In this document: positions 1 through 5,651 of the stretch, one piece after another
Numbering within the stretch: the stretch's first letter is position 1
Layout: every line of letters starts with the position of its first letter
Virus record (IMG/VR): IMGVR_UViG_2671180430_000009
Span: 1-5,651 of that record
Source of the DNA: a virus
Lineage: Duplodnaviria; Heunggongvirae; Uroviricota; Caudoviricetes
Reading direction: 5' to 3' (one strand)
Length of the DNA: 5,651 nucleotides
The notes under the pieces: model-generated
What the model was told of the DNA's origin: nothing
The model's database searches: none
What the model saw: only the letters and a program-made list of their open reading frames with translations
Translations under genes and position numbers: made by a program

Positions 1-141
1 GAACAGGAGGGACAGCTGATAGAAACAGAAGCCACTGGAGCACCTCAAAAACACGATCATACACTAAATCAGTAAGTTGGCAGCATCACCTTTTGTCTCT
101 ATGTTGATATAACCGTTTGTACTTATAAACCTGGAGGCATC

Positions 142-354
142 GTGGAAAAAATAAAGAAACTATTTAGTAGTAAATACGCAGTCATACGTCGTGATGACCT
201 GTCAGTTATAGTCGAAATGGATTACTTCCCTGAAACCAAAAAATCAATGATGTATCGTAATGGTCGAAAGGCAATTTTTTTACCGATGAGGGTAAGTGAC
301 ATTATGGGAAATGATAAACTGCTGGATGAATTGCGAGTCAGAGCATCCTGTTAG
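142..354 (+). CDS. Small hypothetical phage protein (70 aa), GTG start
   Basis: ORF 142-354 starts at GTG 142 with GGAGG at 133-137 (4 nt spacing). Lys/Arg-rich 70-aa product; no family recognised. Position at the head of a co-directional phage gene block. Confidence 0.5.
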   Translation: MEKIKKLFSSKYAVIRRDDLSVIVEMDYFPETKKSMMYRNGRKAIFLPMRVSDIMGNDKLLDELRVRASC

Positions 355-425
355 TATTGGCATTAATTCTGGTATACTACATAACGGGCTGAACACCCAT
401 TCTACTGCGCCAGCGGAGAACTACG

Positions 426-1025
426 ATGGCGCATATACAACTGATCAAACAAACCTCTTCCGGATTACTTCTCCCGGCGACGCCGGAGAGTTGCGATTTT
501 CTGCATCAAATCAAAACAGGTGAGTGGATACACGCAGACTTTAAGCGTGTGCGTAACTACGCATTCCACAAGCGTTTTTTCAAACTCCTGCAACTGGGAT
601 TCGATTACTGGACTCCGGTCGGTGGGGCGATCACGCCTCGCGAACGAGAACTGCTGTCTGGTTTCGTTGATTACCTGTGCGAATCAGTAGGTCGGGAACA
701 TACGCCAGCTCTGAGCGAAGCCGCAGAGCAATATCTGAATACAGTTGCGACACGCAGAACCCGGGATACGGCATTGCTAAAGTCGTTTGAGGCTTTTCGC
801 GAGTGGGTAACCATTCAGGCTGGATTTTACACCGAACATTTTTATCCGGACGGTAGCCGCGGGCGTCGGGCAAAATCCATCGCTTTTGCGAATATGGACG
901 AAACCGAGTTTCAGCAGGTTTATAAATCTGTTCTGAATGTGCTGTGGAACTGGATTCTGTTCCGTAAATTTTCCTCTCCGGAACAAGTCGAAAATGTGGC
1001 CGCGCAGCTGCTGGAGTTTGCGTAA
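426..1025 (+). CDS. Lambdoid-prophage nin-region protein, DUF1367-like (199 aa)
   Basis: ATG 426 preceded by GGAGAA at 415-420; 199-aa ORF; stop TAA 1023-1025 overlaps the next start by 1 nt (TAATG). Family assignment is from memory of prophage proteins that precede YbcO-like genes; not verified. Confidence 0.8.
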   Translation: MAHIQLIKQTSSGLLLPATPESCDFLHQIKTGEWIHADFKRVRNYAFHKRFFKLLQLGFDYWTPVGGAITPRERELLSGFVDYLCESVGREHTPALSEAAEQYLNTVATRRTRDTALLKSFEAFREWVTIQAGFYTEHFYPDGSRGRRAKSIAFANMDETEFQQVYKSVLNVLWNWILFRKFSSPEQVENVAAQLLEFA

Positions 1026-1315
1026 TGGTGGATTTACGTAAAGCGGCGCGGGGGCAGATGTGCACCGTCAGAATTCCTGGCTACTGCAATCACGATCCGG
1101 AAACGTCTGTGCTGGCGCATTACCGACTGGCGGGAACGTGCGGAACAGCGATAAAGCCACACGATATGCAGGCAGCGATTGCCTGTAGCTCGTGCCACGA
1201 TTTAATCGACGGGCGGGTAAAAACCAGCGATTACACCAAAGAAGAATTACGCCTGATGCATGCAGAAGGTGTTTTTCGCACACAAGAAATCTGGAGAAAG
1301 GAGGGATATTTATGA
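1025..1315 (+). CDS. ybcO: YbcO-like (DUF1364) Cys/His-rich putative nuclease, 96 aa
   Basis: 96-aa product MVDLRKAARG...CTVRIPGYCNHDPETSVLAH...CSSCHD matches the length and Cys/His pattern I recall for E. coli DLP12 YbcO. Start overlaps the upstream stop (TAATG); stop TGA 1313-1315 overlaps the downstream ATG 1312 (ATGA). Confidence 0.8.
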   Translation: MVDLRKAARGQMCTVRIPGYCNHDPETSVLAHYRLAGTCGTAIKPHDMQAAIACSSCHDLIDGRVKTSDYTKEELRLMHAEGVFRTQEIWRKEGYL

Positions 1316-1866
1316 TTTACCCAACGAATACAGGAAAAAGCGGAGAACACCTTCGTCTCACCACGCTGGAAAGTGTCTGGATTCAGGGAAAACTACGTAT
1401 GTGGGGGCGCTGGTCGTATATTGGTGGCGGTAAGACGGGGAATATGTTTAACCTGATGTTGACCTCTAAAAAGCTGACAAAAACGGCAATTAACGAGGCG
1501 CTCCGGAGGATGAAAAAAGCAGGTCTGAACAAGTCTGAACTTGAGGCTTTTTTGCGGGATATGATTAACGGTAAGCAAAAGAGCTGGCTGGCGCATTGTA
1601 CTGATGCAGAGGCGTTATGTATTGATCGGGTCATAAGTGAGGTGCTGGCAGAGCATCCAGGATTGATTAGCGTCCTTCGGCAACGGTATGAGGGGCGGGG
1701 GATGACCAAACGCAAAATGGCTGAACTGCTGAATGATGCACACCCGAAATGGAGTTTAAGAACCTGTGAAAGACGCATTGAGCATTGGCTAAAGGTGGCA
1801 GAATTTATTTTGTACAAACCAATGGTTATGGCTTTTGGTATAGAGAAAAAAGTTATTGCTTTTTGA
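1312..1866 (+). CDS. Putative late-gene regulator, Q-antiterminator-like (184 aa)
   Basis: ATG 1312 with strong SD GGAGG 1299-1303 (8 nt spacing); the ORF-track start at 1192 would overlap ybcO by about 120 nt and lacks an SD. It is the last gene before a terminator and tRNA array, the position of Q in Stx-type lambdoid phages. C-terminal segment (MTKRKMAELLNDAHPKWSLRTCERRIEHWL) looks like a helix-turn-helix. No lambda-Q-type Cys zinc finger, so the Q assignment is positional. Confidence 0.6.
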   Translation: MIYPTNTGKSGEHLRLTTLESVWIQGKLRMWGRWSYIGGGKTGNMFNLMLTSKKLTKTAINEALRRMKKAGLNKSELEAFLRDMINGKQKSWLAHCTDAEALCIDRVISEVLAEHPGLISVLRQRYEGRGMTKRKMAELLNDAHPKWSLRTCERRIEHWLKVAEFILYKPMVMAFGIEKKVIAF

Positions 1867-1941
1867 CGTAAAAACTGCTTCAATTCTTGTACGCTTCGCA
1901 AAGCTGTACCGCGAGGCGAATAGCAGACATGGACATTTGAA

Positions 1942-1968
1942 AGAGCCCGCTTTATGCGGGTTTTTTTA
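1942..1968 (+). terminator. Rho-independent terminator downstream of the Q-like gene (candidate tR')
   Basis: GC stem CCCGC (1946-1950) / GCGGG (1956-1960) with 5-nt loop TTTAT, followed by T7 run 1961-1967. Confidence 0.75.
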
Positions 1969-2017
1969 TACCTGAAAAACGGCACAGGACGTTAAACGTG
2001 CTGGTGGTCAGATGAGT

Positions 2018-2046
2018 TTGCAGATGTGATGACATATGGTTATTAT
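2018..2046 (+). promoter_or_regulatory. Candidate sigma70 promoter for the tRNA array
   Basis: -35 TTGCAG (2018-2023), 17-bp spacer, -10 TATTAT (2041-2046); predicted start about 2053, 3 nt before the first tRNA. Motif match only. Confidence 0.35.
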
Positions 2047-2055
2047 TCTGCCTCC

Positions 2056-2132
2056 GGCCCTTTAGCTCAGTTGGTCAGAGCGAGCGACTCATAATCGCCA
2101 GGTCGCTGGTTCAAGTCCAGCAAGGGCCACCA
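2056..2132 (+). tRNA. ileZ: tRNA-Ile2 (anticodon CAU, lysidine type; decodes AUA), phage-borne
   Basis: Cloverleaf folded by hand: acceptor GGCCCTT/AAGGGCC, D-arm GCTC..GAGC, anticodon loop CTCATAA (CAT), T-arm GCTGG-TTCAAGT-CCAGC, discriminator A, encoded CCA. Anticodon and T arms closely match E. coli ileX as I recall it, rather than elongator tRNA-Met. Confidence 0.85.
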
Positions 2133-2133
2133 A

Positions 2134-2210
2134 CCACCACTAGCTCATCCGGATAGAGCATCAACCTTCTAAGTTGACGGTGCGAGGTTCGAGTCCTCGG
2201 TGGTGGGCCA
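2134..2210 (+). tRNA. argN: tRNA-Arg (anticodon UCU; decodes AGA/AGG), phage-borne
   Basis: Perfect 7-bp acceptor stem CCACCAC/GTGGTGG (C1-G72), D-arm GCTC..GAGC, anticodon stem TCAAC/GTTGA with loop CTTCTAA (TCT), T-arm CGAGG-TTCGAGT-CCTCG, discriminator G, encoded CCA. Same anticodon loop as E. coli argU. The argN name is by analogy with Stx phages. Confidence 0.8.
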
Positions 2211-2212
2211 GC

Positions 2213-2288
<76 letters not shown>

Positions 2289-2291
2289 TAT

Positions 2292-2366
<75 letters not shown>

Positions 2367-2371
2367 GTCAG

Positions 2372-2418
2372 AGTCTTTCAGTCTGCGATGATGGGAAATC
2401 CCGGAGTGACTGAAAGAC
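2372..2418 (+). repeat. Long hairpin directly after tRNA-Gly (11-bp perfect stem, 24-nt loop)
   Basis: GTCTTTCAGTC (2373-2383) pairs perfectly with GACTGAAAGAC (2408-2418). Begins 6 nt after the tRNA-Gly CCA and is followed by GTTTAAGTT. Possible 3' processing or termination structure for the tRNA transcript. Confidence 0.5.
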
Positions 2419-2425
2419 GTTTAAG

Positions 2426-2498
2426 TTATGAATGATCGCCTTTTTTTGCAAAATTGCTGTGCAGAAATACTAACCTTCGGGCGTGCGATCATTCATAA
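2426..2498 (+). repeat. 14-bp perfect inverted repeat with 45-bp spacer
   Basis: TTATGAATGATCGC (2426-2439) and its exact reverse complement GCGATCATTCATAA (2485-2498). Spacer contains a T7 run and the palindrome TTTTGCAAAA (2444-2453). Confidence 0.5.
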
Positions 2499-2548
2499 GC
2501 ACTCTGCTTTTATTCCGATTAACTGTGGGTGGTTTGTTGGATAGAGTG

Positions 2549-3692
2549 TGAGGTGTACTGGCAATAGCGGACACTACCATTTGTTCTTTTTTTAAGCAGC
2601 CATCTGATGATATTTTTCCCTGAAGGCTGCCGGGGAGATATTCCCCAGACGAGAGTGACGACGCTGACGATTGTAGAAAATCTCAATGTATTCCCGTATT
2701 ACTGAGATGGCTTCATCCCGGTTATTAAAACGATAGTGGCTCAGGCTCTCATTTTTCAGCGTTCCCCAGAAGCTTTCCATCGGAGCGTTGTCGTAACAGT
2801 TACCTTTACGCGACATTGATGTTTTCAGACCAGACTGCTCCTGTATGACCCGGTAATCGTATGCGCAGTACTGTGAACCTCGATCAGAGTGGTGGATTAG
2901 CCCGGCAGGTGGGCGCTGGCTCCTGAGCGCCATAAACAGGGCTTTACCTGTCAGCTCTTTTGTCATGCGCTCTCCCATGGCGTAGCCGACAATTTCGCAC
3001 GTATAAACATCTTTGATGCCAGCGAGGTACAACCATCCCTCCTGTGTGGCAACATACGTCAGGTCCGCCACCCAGACCTGATTTGGTGCTGTAGGAGCGA
3101 ACGTCTGGTTCAGCAGATTTGGCGCAACTGGCAGATTGTGGTTCGAGTTCGTAGTCGCTCTGAACTTGCGTTTCTGCTTACAGCGTAGCCTTAGCTCCTT
3201 ACGAAGACGTGCCAGTCGGTCACGACCAACGATGATGCCATTCTCTGCCAGCTCCGTCTGGAGCCGCCGGGTTCCATATGTTTCGCGAGTGCGGATATGT
3301 GCCACCTTAATCTCCAGTTTTAGCCGCTCATCACTTTGTTTTCTGTCTGAGGGTTCATGCTGTACCCAGTTGTAATAACCGCTCCTGGATACACCAAATA
3401 CCTGACACATCGCTTCAATGGGAAATTGTTGTCGCCATTGTTCGATTAACGCGTATTTTTCAGCGACTCCTGTGCAAAATACGCTGTTGCTTTTTTTAAT
3501 ATATCTCGCTCAAGGCGAGCTTCATTTAACGCCTTACGCAGTTGCAGAATTTCAGATTCCAGTTCAGCCACCGTGCGGGAACCAGGAGTACCGAGCCCTT
3601 TTCTGGCGGCGGTAACCCATTGTCCTAAAGTGCCTTCAGGAAGAGATAATCGGGAAGCGCCTTCACTGATCGAAAGTTGATTTTCAAACACA
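2549..3692 (-). mobile_element. IS600-like IS3-family element, apparently truncated or rearranged at its left (orfA) end
   Basis: + strand begins TGAGGTGTACTGG at 2549, 43 bp outside the orfB stop. orfA and orfB lie in -1 frame relation with an A7G slippery run (3491-3497 on +). Canonical orfA homology seems to stop near 3690 (see finding). The 3692 boundary is an estimate; if the element is intact its end lies near 3789-3812. Confidence 0.7.
2592..3410 (-). CDS. IS3-family transposase OrfB (IS600-like), 272 aa from first Met
   Basis: 272-aa product with the IS3-family integrase/DDE-type core (e.g. ...WVADLTYV..., ...HHSDRGSQY..., ...KGNCYDNAPMESFWGTLK...). Frame is -1 relative to orfA, so it is probably expressed as an OrfAB fusion by frameshifting. 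Confidence 0.9.
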   Translation of the reverse strand: MCQVFGVSRSGYYNWVQHEPSDRKQSDERLKLEIKVAHIRTRETYGTRRLQTELAENGIIVGRDRLARLRKELRLRCKQKRKFRATTNSNHNLPVAPNLLNQTFAPTAPNQVWVADLTYVATQEGWLYLAGIKDVYTCEIVGYAMGERMTKELTGKALFMALRSQRPPAGLIHHSDRGSQYCAYDYRVIQEQSGLKTSMSRKGNCYDNAPMESFWGTLKNESLSHYRFNNRDEAISVIREYIEIFYNRQRRHSRLGNISPAAFREKYHQMAA

Positions 3693-3790
3693 ATATTGTG
3701 TGGGAATGTCTGACTCCTTACCATCTCCTGTTCTGTGATGTTGTTTTGTTGCAGTTCCAGTGCTCTTTTTTCAGCACCAGAATGGTGCAT
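3446..3790 (-). CDS. IS600-like OrfA (HTH transposition regulator) with atypical or replaced N-terminus
   Basis: Residues from ENQLSISEGASRLSLPEGTLGQWV to the C-terminus match IS600 OrfA as recalled, including the leucine-zipper-like tail and the slippery run near the 3' end. The first 35 codons of this ORF (MHHSGAEKRAL...VRSQTFPHNIVF) lack the conserved helix (..EFKAEAV..) seen in IS3-family OrfA proteins. Possible starts are ATG 3790 or ATG 3724, neither with a well-spaced SD. Confidence 0.6.
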   Translation of the reverse strand: MHHSGAEKRALELQQNNITEQEMVRSQTFPHNIVFENQLSISEGASRLSLPEGTLGQWVTAARKGLGTPGSRTVAELESEILQLRKALNEARLERDILKKATAYFAQESLKNTR

Positions 3791-4113
3791 TGTCGGTCAG
3801 GTTACGTAGTGAACCTCTGGCAGGGGACTGATGATTCATCATTCTGGTGTTGTAAATATCTCTTCGGACAACTTACAAAATATTCTAAGCAAACCCCGGG
3901 AACACACTCTTAACTGCCTTGGCTGGCGGTTTTTTGTACAGCGCTCGGTATGTGTGAGCTGGAAATCAGATTTTGCATGGACTGGAATCATGCTGTTATT
4001 TAGGGGCGAAGAACTGGCTTTTTCTTCCGCCTTCTCACCAGTAACGATTAGAAAAATAATGAAATGCCCCCCTCCGGGGAGGAGGACCGTAGAAAAAAGG
4101 ACCCGCCAGCAAA
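3790..4113 (+). repeat. Copy A of a 324-bp direct repeat (noncoding)
   Basis: 3790-4113 matches 4946-5269 with only 2 mismatches (3833 G vs A, 3836 T vs G) and no indels. The preceding CA dinucleotide is also shared. No credible ORF inside. Confidence 0.9.
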
Positions 4114-4873
<760 letters not shown>

Positions 4874-4945
4874 TGGAGCACCTGTGTTGTTCTGAGGTGA
4901 GCATATCACCTCTGTTCAGGTGGCCAAATTCAGTGTGCCACTTCA

Positions 4946-5269
4946 TTGTCGGTCAGGTTACGTAGTGAACCTCTGGCAGGGGACTGATAATGCATCATTC
5001 TGGTGTTGTAAATATCTCTTCGGACAACTTACAAAATATTCTAAGCAAACCCCGGGAACACACTCTTAACTGCCTTGGCTGGCGGTTTTTTGTACAGCGC
5101 TCGGTATGTGTGAGCTGGAAATCAGATTTTGCATGGACTGGAATCATGCTGTTATTTAGGGGCGAAGAACTGGCTTTTTCTTCCGCCTTCTCACCAGTAA
5201 CGATTAGAAAAATAATGAAATGCCCCCCTCCGGGGAGGAGGACCGTAGAAAAAAGGACCCGCCAGCAAA
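4946..5269 (+). repeat. Copy B of the 324-bp direct repeat, abutting the IS911 IRL tip
   Basis: See copy A. Starts immediately after the terminal CA of IS911 IRL (4944-4945); identity ends at 5269 (GCCAGCAAA), after which the sequence continues toward the holin gene. Confidence 0.9.
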
Positions 5270-5423
5270 AACATTGGGGATGAACAGCTTTCGCTACTCA
5301 GATTGCTGGCGGGTAAAGTTCCTCATGAATTAAGAATGCTACGCGATCTTTTTTAATGGAAATGAAAATTATTGTCAATTAGTCGTGCGTGTTTTTTCAT
5401 ACAATATTGGTAAAGGTGATTCA

Positions 5424-5455
5424 GGCCATCAGAGTTTTGCTGATGGCCTTTTTTC
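5424..5455 (+). terminator. Rho-independent terminator upstream of the holin gene
   Basis: Stem GGCCATCAG (5424-5432) / CTGATGGCC (5440-5448), 7-nt loop, then T6 run 5449-5454. Confidence 0.8.
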
Positions 5456-5489
5456 TTTCCGATAGCACAGGTCTGTCGGGGGGCGGGAT

Positions 5490-5651
5490 ATGTATCAGAT
5501 GGAAAAAATATCAACAGGCATTGCCTACGGCACCTCCGCCGGCAGTGCCGGCTACTGGTTTTTGCAGTGGTTGGATCAGGTCAGTCCATCACAGTGGGCT
5601 GCGATTGGTGTGCTGGGAAGTCTGCTTCTGGGGCTTCTGACTTATCTGACG
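5490..5651 (+). CDS. S: Class II (S21/pinholin-type) holin with dual-start motif, 5' partial (runs off window end)
   Basis: Translation from 5490: [54 protein letters not shown]..., near-identical over this span to phage 21 S holin as recalled. Two in-frame Met codons (5490 and 5499) separated by two codons give the antiholin/holin dual start. No stop before the window end, which is why it is absent from the supplied ORF track. Confidence 0.85.
   Translation, partial: MYQMEKISTGIAYGTSAGSAGYWFLQWLDQVSPSQWAAIGVLGSLLLGLLTYLT

Noticed and set aside
1-75. Possible 3' end of an upstream CDS (frame 1 open to TAA 73-75)
   Set aside because: Only 24 codons visible, no start in the window, and a second frame is also open; cannot be supported from this window.
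358-379. Possible extended -10 promoter (TGgTATACT) between the 70-aa gene and the DUF1367-like gene
   Set aside because: No acceptable -35 at correct spacing; an internal promoter is not required because the genes are co-directional and closely spaced. Motif match only.
296-523. 75-aa + strand ORF overlapping the 3' end of the 70-aa gene and the 5' end of the DUF1367-like gene
   Set aside because: Out-of-frame overlap with two better-supported genes, no SD, low-complexity product; most likely a chance ORF.
631-1283. Three minus-strand ORFs (631-1065, 777-986, 1068-1283) antisense to the DUF1367-like and YbcO-like genes
   Set aside because: Antisense to genes with good starts and recognisable products; Arg/Pro-rich composition typical of reverse-frame artefacts.
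1192-1311. Upstream in-frame extension of the Q-like ORF (ORF-track start at 1192)
   Set aside because: Would overlap ybcO by about 120 nt; the internal ATG at 1312 has a strong, correctly spaced GGAGG and overlaps the ybcO stop codon.
1383-1985. 200-aa and 67-aa minus-strand ORFs antisense to the Q-like gene
   Set aside because: Entirely antisense to the better-supported Q-like CDS; would run through the 1942-1968 terminator region; no RBS.
2441-2447. T7 run considered as an intrinsic terminator tail
   Set aside because: It lies inside the loop of the 14-bp inverted repeat and is not immediately preceded by a GC-rich hairpin.
2367-2548. Looked for stx or other cargo coding sequence and for a CRISPR array between the tRNA genes and the holin
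   Set aside because: No ORF longer than about 17 codons in the non-IS spacers; the long ORFs in the interval are IS transposase genes; no regularly spaced short repeats.
3136-3913. Plus-strand ORFs (3136-3375, 3418-3615, 3677-3913) inside the IS600-like element
   Set aside because: Antisense to the transposase genes; Ser/Arg/Cys-rich products with no family resemblance.
5389-5640. 83-aa + strand ORF overlapping the terminator and the holin gene
   Set aside because: Different frame from the holin reading frame, spans an intrinsic terminator hairpin, product has no holin-like features.

Overview
This window reads as the late-regulatory region of a lambdoid (Stx-phage-like) Escherichia/Shigella prophage, heavily scarred by IS3-family insertion sequences. 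Left to right on the + strand: a tightly coupled block of four phage genes (small 70-aa ORF, DUF1367-like protein, YbcO/DUF1364-like Cys-rich protein, Q-like late regulator; 142-1866); an intrinsic terminator (1942-1968); a compact array of four tRNA genes (Ile-CAU, Arg-UCU, Thr-UGU, Gly-UCC; 2056-2366); two long hairpins (2372-2498); an IS600-like element on the - strand (from 2549) whose orfA 5' end appears replaced; a 324-bp sequence present twice (3790-4113 and 4946-5269, 2 mismatches) flanking a truncated IS911 (4114-4945, - strand); then a terminator (5424-5455) and the 5' part of a dual-start S21-type holin running off the window end (5490-5651). The position where Stx phages carry toxin or other cargo genes, between the tRNA array and the holin, is occupied here by IS debris. 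I see no CRISPR array, no rRNA and no intact cargo gene. Protein family names are from memory of sequences, not from a search, and should be confirmed by BLAST/HMM. No single clearly novel system is demonstrable from sequence alone; the strongest candidates for follow-up are the four-tRNA array and the IS/repeat mosaic.
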